Source: Podarcis gaigeae
Taxonomy: Eukaryota
Direction: 5' to 3' (one strand)
Length of the DNA: 64,000 nt
Assembly: GCA_964106915.2 (NCBI GenBank)
Contig: OZ066924.1
A model generated the notes under the pieces. The model was given only the letters and a program-made list of their open reading frames with translations. It was not told the origin of the DNA and ran no database searches. Shown here in pieces: positions 25,995-39,106 of the stretch. The number at the start of each line of letters is the position of its first letter. Position 1 is the first letter of the stretch. The position numbers and the translations under genes were made by a program.

Positions 25995-26685
25995 CAGTGG
26001 TGCCCCGCAAGACGAATGCCTCGCAAGACGGAAAACTCGCTAGACGAAAGAGTTTTCCGTTTTTTTTTAATAAATATTTATTAAAATTTTAAAATATAGG
26101 TGCAAAGATAATAAACAATATAACATATATCATAACATAGTTTCATAACTTCTTTGGACTCCCTCGCGTCTCCCGCTCCCACTTGCATCATTACAAACTT
26201 TTGCCAGCAATTTATCATCTTGTTTACAATCTTACTTCCCGTTCATTTGAATATAATCTAATGATTCTCCAAAAGGTTTATATTTTCCTCAGTCTCACTT
26301 ATCGTCCTAATTCCATCTAATTTAGTGGTGCTCAATTATTTATGATCTAGCATCCTTCTTAACATTTGACCAAATTACAGTATTTTTGTAGATAAATCTT
26401 GAATTTCTTCCAGGCTTCTTCAACCCTCTCTTTTTTCTGTTTTGGAGGTGCTTCGCAAAACGAATTTCCTATGGGCTTGCTTCGCAAGATGAAAATGTCT
26501 TGCGAGTTCCTGCGGGTTTTTTCCTCCTTCCCCCCCTTTTTCTAAGCCGCTAAGCCGCTTATCCGCTAAGCCGCTAAAAGCTGCTAATCCGCTAAGCCAT
26601 CAATGGGCTTGCTTCGCAAAACGAAAAAAACGCTAGACGAAGAGACTCGCGGAACGGATTCTTTTCGTCTTGCGAGGCACCACTG
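25995..26685. mobile_element. Tigger-like MITE interrupted by an antisense L1-like 3' tail (about 26061-26437)
   Basis: TA|CAGTGGTGCC.CGCAAGACG ... CGTCTTGCGAGGCACCACTG|TA. The insert reads KKERVEEAWKKFKIYLQKYCNLVKC* plus an A-rich tail on the - strand. Confidence 0.8.
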
Positions 26686-27785
26686 TACTTGTCAAAAGGA
26701 CATTTGAACCGTTCCCTAGTTTTGTGGCACACAATTACTGCTTTTCCAGCAAAAGCCAAATGGTGGAGCAGTGCCATGGCAAGGAAGGATCTTGTTGTGG
26801 CTGGCTGCCTTGCTCTCTTGGGTCAACAGCAAATGCGAGAGAAATGGCAGAGAGGTCAGACTGGCTCACTCCACTAGCTGGAGTCTGCCCATCCTTGCTG
26901 CCCACGGCCAACCTGCCCCTTTCTTGAGAGCTCTCCAGCCAGCAGATGCTGCAAGCTTCACTGAGGCTCACGCCAACCACCATGATGAGATGAGAGGAGT
27001 ATTCAATTCATCCTGTGCCAAGCTAAGTCCCAACTGCTCGATTTGTTTTCTGGAATGATCTGCCCTGCATGTGTGTTGAATTCTCAGCTCTGGGTTCATT
27101 TGCTATGCTAGGCACTAGTCAGCCGCAGGTGGAAAAATAAATTGCTGCACTTGGAAGCTGTGTTGTCCTGGGGGCAAAATCCACTAGCCGCTTAAGTAAG
27201 TAGCTAGCTTGCCCCCCCCCCCATCAACCTTGAAGCCTGTGTCTGCAATCCAATAAACACTTATTGGAGGGGAGCTTTGCTGAACTCAGTGCAGCTTACC
27301 TGACATGAATAGGATTGCACTGTGTTTGTGTCTACATGTAGAGCACTCCAATCTATCATATGAGTAGTGTTCAGCTGGTGTAAACACAAAACTATATTTT
27401 AGGGATCAGTAACTAAACAACAGTGTTAAAAATTGTTTCCTTAACACATTTTGCCATAGCAAATTGCATGGGGCTCCCCTATCTGGTTTATTTTTGTTTA
27501 AGGATAGTAAGTCTTGAGCACGCATGTAAAAAAGATCTAGAAAAGTCTTCACCAATCAGGTGCTCTCCAGAGGTTTTGGAGTTTAACTCCCATCCTTCCT
27601 AACCACTGACCGTATTCTTTGGGGCTGATGGAAGTTTGATTCTAACAGCATCTGGAAAGCACTAAGTTAGTGAAGGCTGAGGTAGGAATTCCAAATGGGC
27701 AGGGGATCAGTTTCTCTCCCTGCCAAGAAAGGGTAAAATGAATATTTTTAAAGGATGGGTGGTTTTAATACATGCTTTCATTTAC

Positions 27786-27862
27786 CTGAAAGGAAGATAT
27801 GTCACATTTTCAGACACTAAATGCCTGTATATGTTTTCTGGAGATTCCCTCAGATATATTAT
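27786..27862 (-). CDS. CDC14B: CDC14B exon 5 (IIYLRESPENIYRHLVSENVTYLPFR)
   Basis: AG/GTaaat boundaries, 77 nt, phase 0-2; Y-PFR-DA motif spans the junction. Confidence 0.93.
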
Positions 27863-29286
27863 CTATTTTGGAAAGAGAGAGGAGAAAAAGGGGGAGAAAA
27901 CATTCATATGGTACTTTTAAGTTAACTACAAGATAATATTCTCTGCAATTCTCCCAACCCCCCAAAGCAAGGCATACAGTAGGACAAAGGGTAGTGTGCA
28001 TACAGTGATACAGAGAACTGGCTATAAAGTAACATGGTGGTCAATACAAAGCCAGAAAAAAGGCAAATAGAACCAATAACCATTCTGCATACATAAAGGC
28101 TGTTCAAGCTCCAGAAAGTGTTATTGCAATAGAATTGCAGATCAGAATTAGATTCCAGTTCAAAACATTGCTACGTTTTCTTCATGAGCCATTAGCATGC
28201 CCCAAGAAATTTTCAGAACCATCAAATGGGTCAGTTTTTAAACTAACAGGATTGGCTACAGAAGAATTCGCCTGCACAGCAGACTGGCATGTAAGCAACC
28301 CAAGCCCAGTGTTATGGTTACTACTGGTACAACCATGTTGGTGCCAATTCACACAAACTGCTTTTACCAAGGAGCACAGCACCCACGTGATTTGACAACT
28401 CTGGTGGAATCCACACCATATCCACAATATATCAGCTAGGCCTGACTCTCACAACCAGCCTACACCTGCTTGCAAGGGTGAGACTCCTATCTGTACTACT
28501 TATTTTTATAGTGTGGTAAACAATTAACCTCTGGAATTGTACACCTAACTTTGTCATACAGGAAATGCAAATTATTTTAAGCCTCCATCAGCACAAGACA
28601 TGAACTGTGACTGTTCTCACAACGCCTATTTAATCATTATTTTAAATACTAAGCAGTTTGCAATGAAAATTTATAGAACTATGCTTCATTAAAAATGAAA
28701 ATAGAAAATACAGCATAGGCAAAGTTCGGCAACTGTACACTTTTCTATCAAGTTTCACCCTCCCCAGTTTTTAATCCTTAAAATATTAAAAATGCTAGGT
28801 GATACAATTTTGCAATCAGCCGTCCTAAACAACTGTGCTCTCCTAGTAGACAAAACAAAGGATAAAATTATAGGCAAAAGATAATTCAGCAGCTGCAATT
28901 CTTGATTATCCAATTAGCATTCCCAATACAATATGGCTGTACACAAAACAATTATCCATTGCATGGATTGAAGAGACATGTCATGTTTCAATAACATCCA
29001 AGTCCTGTTTTGATGAACAGATGCTACACAAAGTAGCACAGCTGAGTAGTTTTAGTCTCTGGAGTTACTGGTCTTAAGAGGAGACCCCTGCTTACATGGC
29101 AAACTGTAGTCAGTTACTTCAAAATGTGGAGGAAATGAGCATTGTTGCACTTGGGGACCCTCCTGCACATTCTGATTAGTAGGGTGCTGGAATCGTGTCA
29201 CAACACCCTCAGTGGCTTGTACGTTCAACAGCACAAGCTATTACTGTTAATCTTGAAGGAGAGCTTCGCTGGCTATATGCACTGAT

Positions 29287-29492
29287 GGAGTGAATAAAAG
29301 GACCCCCACCCCACCGCTACAAGGGCTTAGAAATTAGAAGCACTGCACTTGGAAAACTACCTTGCTTAAATTTCTTTTTAAGAAATGCGGGAGTGAATAA
29401 CAGGACCCCCACCCCACCGCTACAAGGGCTTAGAAATTAGAAGCACTGCACTTGGAAAACTACCTTGCTTAAATTTCTTTTTAAGAAATGCG
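29287..29492. repeat. Tandem duplication, 2 x 103 bp
   Basis: ggagtgaataa(a/c)aggacccccacccc...aagaaatgcg repeated directly, one visible mismatch. Confidence 0.95.
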
Positions 29493-29834
29493 GCTGCAAA
29501 TTGCTTTGAACACAATGCTGTCCTACAAACAAGTAAAATACTATTGCAGAAATGTGCGGGTTCTTCGGAGCTGCTTCTACGTAAAAGCTAAAGTGGGACA
29601 GAACATCTGCTGTAAAACCTCCTAAATTCATGTACACCTGTATCTGCTGGGCGAGAGCTGTGGACAGTAAGGCTGGGAAGTTCTGGTATACTTCATAAGT
29701 GATAACCTATTAAAACCATGTCCTAAGAAAGATAATCTCTTCCGTACGGATGTTGCAATGGTATCATAAGGTGAGGGTGGGGGGAATCAGTGGAAGAAAG
29801 CAGTTTTCTAATGGGGGACACATCAATTGTTAAG

Positions 29835-30360
29835 GTCACTCCCGGTGGAGTACAGGGTCAGGTTTAAGCTGCTGGTTTTGACCTTTAAAGCCCTATGCGG
29901 CCTAGGACCCACATGCCTACGGGACTGCCTCTCCTGGTATGCCCCGCAGAGGACCTTAAGGTCCACAAATAACAACACTTTGGAGGTCCCGAGCCTCAAG
30001 GAGGTTAGATTGGTCTCAACTAGGGCCAGGCCTTTTCAGAACTGGCCCCGACATAGTGGAACGCTCTGTCACAAGAGACTAGGGCCCTGCGGGACTTGAC
30101 ATCTTTCCACAGGGCCTACAAGACAGAGCTGTTCCACCTGGCCTTTGGTTTCGACTCGGTCTGACCCTTATGCTTCCCTCCCCTTATGGTCTTGATTTAT
30201 CAGCTACTTTAAAATGAGGCTGCATTTTAAATTGCATTTTAACCTGTATTTTAAATTGGTCCCCCCCTCTTTTCTCCCTATTATGTTTTTACTGTGATTT
30301 TACCTCTAGCCAGGGAGGGTGGGGTATAAATAAAATTATTTATTATTATTATTATTATTA
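29835..30360 (+). mobile_element. L2-clade LINE 3' fragment with (ATT)n tail
   Basis: LPVEYRVRFKLLVLTFKAL.GLGP.CLRD.L, typical of the L2 ORF2 C-terminus; near-identical tail at 62724-63181. Confidence 0.85.
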
Positions 30361-30947
30361 GTCATGATTTATCTGCCAGAGCTGTCTCCTCATCTTGCTC
30401 TAAGACAGGGGTGAGGAATCTCCAGCCCATTGGTCCATCTTGGCCTGCCAGGTCATTTCGCTTCACAAGCCACACCCACCTATCCATCAGCTGACAACAC
30501 TAGGTGGTGTCCGCAGCTGTTGTGGGGCCAATCCTGCTGGGTTGTTGCTTTCCCACTGCCTTCTTTGCAGGAAATGTGTTGGTGAAGCAGACCTCTCCAC
30601 CCACCACAGTGGGTCTGTCACGGCTAAAAATTGGCCGCTGTTCCTTTAATGCTAAAAGAACTATGTCAGCATGAGTCAGCGGCCTACAATGACTCATGCA
30701 ACCCTTCACCAAACTGCACCTGTATATATAGAGTGGCCAATGTTAGTGTTGGGTGTGGGTTGGTTGGATGGTAGAACACTAGTTGTTTGGTGTGGGTAAA
30801 AGCTGTCGGTCGTGGATGGAGAAGACGACTTTTTAAGAATAAAAGCAGCATTCTGAAAAGGACTCTTTCTTAAGGACTCTCTGTGCCAACTAGGGTCTGA
30901 GGACCAGGCAAAGGAGGTCAGAACCTTTTTCTTTTTCAAACACTGAC

Positions 30948-31208
30948 AGGGTCAACTGAACCAATGGATTCAAGTTACAAGAAAGGAGATTCTGATGAAA
31001 CATCAGGAAGAACTTCTTGACAGTAAGAGCTGTTCAACAGTGGAACAGACTACCTTGGGAGATGGTGGACTCTAGTTTTTAAGCAGGAGTTGGATGGCCA
31101 TCTGTCATGGATCCTTTGGATGATATTCCTACACTGCAGGGAATTGGACTAGATGACCCTCGGGATCCCTTCTAACTCTACAATTCTATGATAATACGAT
31201 TCTATGAT
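30948..31208 (+). mobile_element. CR1 LINE 3' fragment
   Basis: aatggattcaagttacaagaaaggagattc...ggactagatgacc...attctatgat, the CR1-type 3' end. Confidence 0.85.
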
Positions 31209-34200
31209 AAGTCTAATAACAACCTCCCTACCAGGCAGCGAGTCCACAACTACTTATTTTCAACAGAACTATTACTTTCCCCATTTAGACACAGGCATGT
31301 AAAAACATTACAAATCTTCAGAACAGGTTATGTTTTTGTTTTACATGGTTTTGGGTGCAAGTGCATGCAAGCTTGTGAATGAATCATCAACCAATAGCTT
31401 TATTTTCTTCAAAACTCAGCCCAAGGTACCATGCAGACAACACTAGCTGGCTGTAACCCTGGTTAAAGGATTAAGAGTGGTTCATCAGACTTCACAATCC
31501 CTGTCCCAGCCCTTCCCTGCTACGGTGTGTATTCCTTCTGCTCACTAAATCATTGGTACAGATACCGAATCATTGCATAGGCAGGTACAGAGATTCAAGT
31601 GCAAGAGGGAAGGTCCATTCCAGATTCCTTAACAATGGTTAAGAAATGGGTAGCTGTTCATCTGCTCCTGTCGCAGGAAGTATAGCTGAATTGGCATTTC
31701 TATACCCTATCAGTCATGCAATATTCTGGGGAAATATAAATCTGATCTGAGTTAAAGTTAAAACAGTTGACTTGTGGTCAAGTGTGCAAGAGAGAAAAAC
31801 CTGTGGAAGTTAAGCGCATATTTTTATTTTTAGAAAAAGTAGAACTTTAAGCCCTTGTATTCTATAGATTTTGTTTTGTTTTTTTAAATAGCAACTCTTC
31901 ATCAGCTTTACAAAAGAGTGGGAAAGAAAGCATCACAGAAAGACAGAAAATAAATAAATACAGCAGAAATGACTTTCCTAAGCCAAGGCACAAACATAAC
32001 TCATATACTGTTTACAATAATAACACTGTATAAAAACAGACTACAGAAACAACTTGCCTAGTGGGCAGAACCAGTACCCTGGCTTCCTGGCAGTGGGTTG
32101 CTATTGCTTTCTGGGAGGGTTGATGCAGTGGGGAGGTCAGCGCAGTGCAAATCCACTGGTAGAACCAATCTGGCACTCCTGCCAGTGTGTTTGCACTGCA
32201 CTGACCTCGCAGCTGCCTAATGCCTCTTGGTAGAAAACAGCAACTCACCAGCCAGGAAGCTAGAGTAGCAGCTGCACTCTACCAAGAGACAGCTTCTGTA
32301 AATAAGTATAAAAATGAAAAGTCACAGGAGCAGGCAAACATTGAGACCTTGCAGAGATCAAAGAAGAAGATTGTATATTATTCCTTGTGGAAATGAGACA
32401 CAACCACACTGGTGAAATATGCATCCTTAGAGGAAAAGAAAACATTGTAAGGGGGGAAAAACCCAGCACAACCCACTACAGGTTTTAGAAAAGAGACAGG
32501 ACACAAGTACACACATGCCCGTTAGCTTAAATGTAGAGAAGGCTATGAAAGCCAACACAAGATACACAAGAAACACTGTTGGTATCAAATCCCCATGCAT
32601 TAACGTAGAAATTTTAAATTTAATTTCAGGTACTACTTGAAGTACTAATGGAAAGGTTAGATATTTGAATGTTACATCAGCAGTGGTGATTCTGCTTCAG
32701 CAGCTCCATCTAAAATAAGGTTACCTGTAGAAAAGTTGGCAAACTGAACCTAGGAAGGATTAAGGAAAAAAACCAAGAACACAAGAGGTGAAGGAAACTG
32801 CTTACCCTGAAGGAAGAAGATGAGAAAATAAAGTACACAGAGATGAGTCCTGGAGATGACCTGAATTACAGCAATTCTTGAGGGTAGGACCCAAGAAGGG
32901 TAGCCCTCCAAAAGGACATAATTAGTGCCAAGCCTGAGAAAAAGAAACACTGTTACTAAGTTAATGCAGGATTTGGGATACAGAGCTGAGATGGAGGCAG
33001 GAGACAAAGGAGGAGGACAGGAAACACAGGAGCTATTTCTGATGTAAAACAGACAAGGAGAGTCAGAAGAAAGGATATTAACCCGCGAAATAATAGAGGA
33101 GATCAAAAGCACCCACTTCAGAAGTAATCTCAAAGCATATTTCTATCTTCTAACAAAGAACTATAAACCTCTCTAGCTAATGCAGTTCTGCCTTTTAAGC
33201 CTGGTATTTTAACTGAGCAAAACTAAAGCTATGACGTCTTATTTCACAGCACTTATCATTACTCTGCTACCAAATATTCCATGTATCAGCCTCCCTCAAT
33301 GCGATGACCTCAGGATGTTTCAGACTACAGCTCCTCTCAGTCCCAGCCATCATAATGACCAATGGTCAGGGACGATGGGGGTGTTAAACATCTGAAGAGC
33401 ACCAGGTCAATGAAGGTTGTCACATATCCTTTTCCAGCAGCACACACATGCTGCTCAATTTAATATATTTCACAATTACATACAGATGATTTGTGATGAA
33501 ACCTACCCAAAAATCATGTTCAAGGCACTAACAGATTGTTTAACCATCCCATTAATTATTTTGAGTTTTCACTCATTATTTGAAATGCTTCTTTCTTCTG
33601 TTTCTAAAGTTCAGGTCCCCAAATAACCCAGTTTTTGATATGGTATACCACAAGAAACTCTTATTGAAAGATCCAAGAGAACAAATGGCCTGACAGGAAA
33701 AGACAAACAGAAGAAACTACATCACCTACAAACACTGAAAACATAAATGAAAATGCCATTAATGATTCATGATCTTCATGGAATGAAGGAACACCACATT
33801 CAGATTCATTTTCTGAAAACATTCTAGCGACAACAGGCATGATAAACAGTTTTCTTAATTTGAGATTTTACCTCATTTGGCTTAAGGTTATATGTGATAA
33901 TTTGAATTGTAAACCCAATTTTCACTGGAGCATTCAAGGACCACTGATTTCAAGGCCTGTCTAATATTTTCTCAATAACACTCTCACTATCCTTCAGTTC
34001 TACGGTTCTATGTTTATTTCCAAAATAAAACTTGTAGGAATAGCACTATTTGCAGTGCTGTAGTCACTTGCATAATTATGTATTATTCTTAGATGTATCT
34101 GAAATCAACAGCCCCAGAGTAATATCTAAAAATGCATTTAATACATTCATGCAGGAGTATGTCAAATATGTCATTTCTTTTTTTGAAGGGGGATGTCAAG

Positions 34201-34954
34201 GTATCAGAAGGTTAATACAACCACCTATATTGAAAAACAACAACAAATATTTTATTGTAACTCCTTTTACCATTAGAGAGTATACTCGAAAGCAATAACA
34301 TTCTGGTGATAATAAATGGATAACCCTAATTTATTTATTAAATTTCTATTCAATTACTATTAGTTTCATACAGCTGCAGTCATAGAAATCACTAATAGGA
34401 AGACAGTAAAACTTGCCATATTGAGAACTGTCAAATTCTCTGCGCGTAAAGGACACCACACAATGTCTAGAAGAACAGCCACAGCTAGACAATTAGCACT
34501 ACAGATTTACTACTTTCTGGTTAAAATCCCAGTCCCATGGAAAACGTTCAAGTTGTCCTCTATAAACATCAAGCAAAAGTTTAAAGCTAAACAGTAAAAA
34601 CAGCTTAGGAATACAAAGCTCCACTAGGCAGCAGTGATTCAGGACTAAAATGACACATTTCTTACATTAAATACAAATGCTACTCTTTCCTGAATTTGTT
34701 ATAGTAACTCCCACAAAATGGAAACACTGAGAATGCTTCCATATGACAAGGCAAGCCACGAAAGCACTGGCTCTTGTATTTCCACTGACACGACTCATAA
34801 ATTGAATCCTGCCCAAAGAAAACAATCTTTTTGTTTTGATTTGTTTTGTCTTAGATGGCGTGTGTATGTATGTGCTGCAGCAGGAATCACCAAAGGAGCC
34901 AAGAAGGAATACCTCTTTTTTAAATTACACCTGCTATCTGAAGCTTTTATATTA

Positions 34955-35507
34955 CCGTATTTTTCGCCCCATAGGACGCACCTAATTTTTTTTTGGGGGG
35001 GGAATAAAGAAAAAAAAAATTCCCCCCCCCCAGGCACGGGGCAGGCGCGGGGGAAGCCCGAGCTTCCCCCGACCCCAGCCCCCAGAACAGCCAGGCTTGC
35101 GGAGAGGTGCGTGAAGCCCGGGCGCGCTCTTCAGTGCGCACCAGGCTTCGGAATGCAGGCAGCTCTGTGCCACCCTCCGGAGCCCCGCGCGGCTTCGCGC
35201 CGGGATCTGGAGGGTGGCGCAAAGCTGCAGGCAGCCCGAGAGCGCAGGCAGCTTTGCGCCACCCTCTGGAGCCCCGCACGGCTTCATGCTGGGATCCGGA
35301 GGGTGGCACAGAGCTGCAGGAAGCCCAGGAGCGCAGGCAGCTCTGCGCCACCCTCCGGAGCGCCACGCAGCTTCGCACCGGGATCTGGAGGGTGGCGCAG
35401 AGCTGCAGGAAGCCTGGGAAAGCCTGCATTCGCCCCATAGGACGCACCCACATTTCCCCTTCATTTTTGGAGGGGAAAAAGTGCGTCCTATAGGGCGAAA
35501 AATACGG
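34955..35507. mobile_element. Tc1/mariner-type MITE (CCGTATTTTTCGCCC TIR) carrying a 3 x 89-bp GC-rich array
   Basis: TA|CCGTATTTTTCGCCC...GGGCGAAAAATACGG|TA; repeat units start at 35155, 35244 and 35333. Confidence 0.9.
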
Positions 35508-35670
35508 TAATTAACATTAAAAAGTGTTGCAATTAATTGAAGACACGTTTTTAATTAGTCAAAATGTGTTTTGCAAATAATCTAGCCAATTCACCAAACA
35601 TTTAAGAAATCTAAAGGCAAATAAAATCAAAGAATCGCATGGGAAAACTATGTTCAAGAATACAATATAG

Positions 35671-35807
35671 CAGGCACCCCCAAACTCAGCCCTCCAGATG
35701 TTTTGGGGACTACAATTCCCATCATCCCTGACTACTGGTCTTGTTAGGTAGGGATGATGGGAGTTGTAGTCCCAAAACATCTGGAGGGCTGAGTTTGGGG
35801 GTGCCTG
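35671..35807. mobile_element. Palindromic hAT-type MITE
   Basis: Long inverted arms; perfect 8-bp TSD caatatag. Confidence 0.92.
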
Positions 35808-37642
35808 CAATATAGCAATTGCAAGGATAGCTCTGGAAGGAGAAGACCACACACACAGTTGCATTCACACTCCCTTCTAGCTCTAACTTCTCCTGCTTTG
35901 TGACAGCTGCATAATGCACCAGTGTAGGCAGGGTCTGCTGCTGTAAGTTGGTCAGGACAAATCAAGAACCATATCCATGCCAACGTGTGATTATTGCTTA
36001 ACAGGGTATGAATAGCGTAGCTCTTTGAATGGAAATCCTGCTCAAGCTGAACTTCCACTCAGCCGGAGAAGAATTCTGGACACACCATGCGACTTTCAGA
36101 AACAGTTAGCAAACCAAGCCACACTGTACAGAGCAGCTTATACCCCTTTGAAGATTAGAGAAAGAAAGATCCAAAACATATTGTCTACAAAAGGTATCTT
36201 CGGTATGAAAAAAGTAAAATTACAGTTCAAGAAGCTTTTGAAGCAATTGAAGCTTTGTGCAGCCTGGACATATCAGAAGGAGCATTATTGTTGAGAAAAA
36301 TTATTTTCCAACTTTCTACCTTCAGCACAGAACTCTTTTCAGATTGGGATACCCATTTAAGCAGTTTGGCACATTGCAAGGGATTCTAGAGTACGCTGTA
36401 GAGAAGGAAGTTGTCCCCAACCTAGTGCCTCCTCCTTATGTTTTGGACTAAAAGTACAGCCCACACAAATAATGTGCCCTCTATCCCAGGGGTGCAGAAC
36501 ATTCTTCAGCCTAACAGCTGGAGTCCCTTGTGGAGAATCTTTTGTGATGGGCAGAGTCAGAGGTAAAAGTGTGGTCCATTCCATCCATTCAAAACTCAAA
36601 GTGTTCAACCCTAATTTCCCCTTCCTTCATCCAAGCAAGCAAGAGGCATGGTTACACAGTTCAAGTTCATATTCCGGACTTGAGGAGTATGTCCAGCAGT
36701 GCCAATAATGGATGTGGCCTGGGGAACAGGGAGAGAGATGGTTCCAAGGGCCAGAGAGGCATAGAGGGCCACATTTAGTCCCAAGCCAGAAGCTCCCCAT
36801 GCCTGCTGTACCCATTGCTGGAGCTCTGTGGTTACTTGAAGGAAATGTACTTTCCACATACAAATCTTAACTGAATCATATACTAGAAATTACACTAAGG
36901 CTGCAATTAACAGCACATTTACTTTAATGTGAACACCATGCCAATCAGCAAGACTTATTTCAAAGAAAGTATGTTTAGGATGAGAGTGCTAATGTGAAAT
37001 GTACCATTCTTTTCCAGAAATATGATCTGTGAGAGAAAGCTCACCCCTCACCCTAGAAATGCACATTGCCCCTTCTGTGCCACTGTGCCCATGTACCAGG
37101 AGGCAATCATGAGCAAGATGCTCTTCAGGAATGCATGTCCACCATTACTGATTGGCTCACTGATGTAGCCCTTTGTGTCCAAGGAAACCCAGGATTTCCG
37201 TGAACAGAGTTTGGTTTATTACATGGTTCCCATTCTTTTCCCTTCATTAATACTGATGCATATGGGATTACGCTTCCAGTCGTACAGGGTTCATTCTAGA
37301 AGGATGCTCTGATCTGGTGCCATGGATATGTGTCAAAGCTATTCCGCCTTCCCAAGTCTACATCTGCGTGCTTTGTGGGTGATGTTTTTCGTTATGCTCA
37401 CTTTACTTTTTTGTATTTGAAATGTGCCAACAAAAATAAATTAAAAGTAAAAACACAACTATTCCTCATGGGCATGGTTTGTCCTCCATTGTATTTTAAC
37501 ACTGCTCTCTCAAACTAGCCCCACTTAATTCCCAGTTGTCCCAATTCAATTAATGTTTTAAAAAGTCCTTCATCTTCTTCGAAACTTCGAAACCTTGGAC
37601 TGTTTATAATAGGGTATAACTAGATCTACCAGTGGGCCTGAT

Positions 37643-37715
37643 CAGTGTTTTTTTTCCTGGGGGGCATTCAAATGTACACTGTACTGGCATCTTTTTTTCT
37701 AGAAGAAAAGCACTG
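37643..37715. mobile_element. 73-bp hAT-type mini-element
   Basis: CAGTGtTTTT / AAAAGCACTG ends; perfect 8-bp TSD ggcctgat. Confidence 0.8.
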
Positions 37716-38231
37716 GGCCTGATCCTTATCTTCCTCACAACCCCGCTTGTCAGGTTGATGTCCCTGACTCATCTATCAATCACATGACATCACAATGACC
37801 ACCAGGTGACTAGTTTTTGCATTGATCTGTGCATGGAAGCCAGGACGGATCAGCTGAGCACTGGGGCTTGCAGAGAACTGCACTTGAGGCTTTGTAGGTC
37901 CAGGGACACCTTCACCTGTCTCACACGGTATCATATATGACATTTGGTTTAGCAAGGCAGGTGAGCTTGCCAAAATGGTGTGGCAATAAATAAATCCATA
38001 TATCTAGTAATAAGAGTAACAACAGCAACAAGTGAGGGGGAAATGGGGAAAGAAAATGGGCTTAGGGGAAAAAATGTAAAGCAGTTTTATCCTGTGAATG
38101 CATTCCTTTTCCTAAACTGGGGGCAAAAGGACATGAACCACAAGTTACTTGATCACTAGACATGAGGGGGCAGGGACGACACAGGCTTGTGGGTCTTTGA
38201 CAGTTTAAAAGTTAAACATTAGAATACTTAC

Positions 38232-38324
38232 TGCGTAACAGCCTATGAGGAAGGCTGCGTTGACTTGCTTTTTCTGATCAAAGCCAGTATAATGAACAAT
38301 CTTCTTTCTTAACATGGTAAAGGA
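38232..38324 (-). CDS. CDC14B: CDC14B exon 4 ([31 protein letters not shown])
   Basis: AG/GTaagt boundaries, 93 nt. Confidence 0.96.
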
Positions 38325-38951
38325 CTGTACCAAGGAAATAAACAATGGGGTTATAATCCAACTCCTTGCATTATAAAAAGTTGCATTTGAGTCATATTTA
38401 AGTACTAAGCACACATAGAAAACAGCCTCATTTGGTAACACGTAGTTACATTGTTACATTTTATTTAAGACATAATTCAAATAATTACTTCTTTGTCAAT
38501 GCCTTTGTACAACAAAGAGGGACACTGGGACCCAGAATACATAGTAATGAAGGTTGAAATGGTAAGAAGAAGAAAATTAAATGAGCTAGAAGGTCAAATA
38601 TCCAAAGCTAAAATATAATTTAATGAAACAATTCTGAAGTCCACAATATAGGTAACATAAGTATTTGAGTCAGGAACAAAAGAGCTTATGTAAACATGAG
38701 GTTATTATGAGAAGCAATTTCCTCAACTTTGCTGTTTTAAAGGGTCTTTTGTAAACTTTACTTGTACCAGACAATGTGAAATTTATTTACACACCTCAGA
38801 GATTCATTAGTCATTTATAGAAGAGCAATAAAAAATACACACCCTAACATAAATTTGAACCTATAGTGCTGTCCTTCTCAAGACATGCTCTTATAAACCT
38901 CTAGCTCCTCAGCAAACAGCTTCGCTGTTCACTGAAAAATAATTACTACAA

Positions 38952-39106
38952 GGCCACATTCACACCATACTTTTAAAGCACTGCGATACCACTTTAAACT
39001 ATCATGGCTTTCCCCAAAGAAACCTGGGATGCGTCGTTTGTTAATGGTGCAATGACTGTTAAAAGTGTTTTCACAGCACTTTAAATGTATGGTGTTAATG
39101 TAGCCC
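38952..39106. mobile_element. Degraded palindromic MITE (possibly PIF/Harbinger-like)
   Basis: ggccacattcacaccatac-tttaaagcactg inverted against cagcactttaaatgtatggtgttaatgtagcc. Confidence 0.6.

Noticed and set aside
35155-35421. Palindromic repeat array superficially like a CRISPR array
   Set aside because: No unique spacers, no cas genes, vertebrate intron; it is a tandem repeat inside TIRs.
34718-35510. Cluster of 98-240-aa ORFs on both strands
   Set aside because: They lie over the GC-rich 89-bp repeat array inside a MITE.
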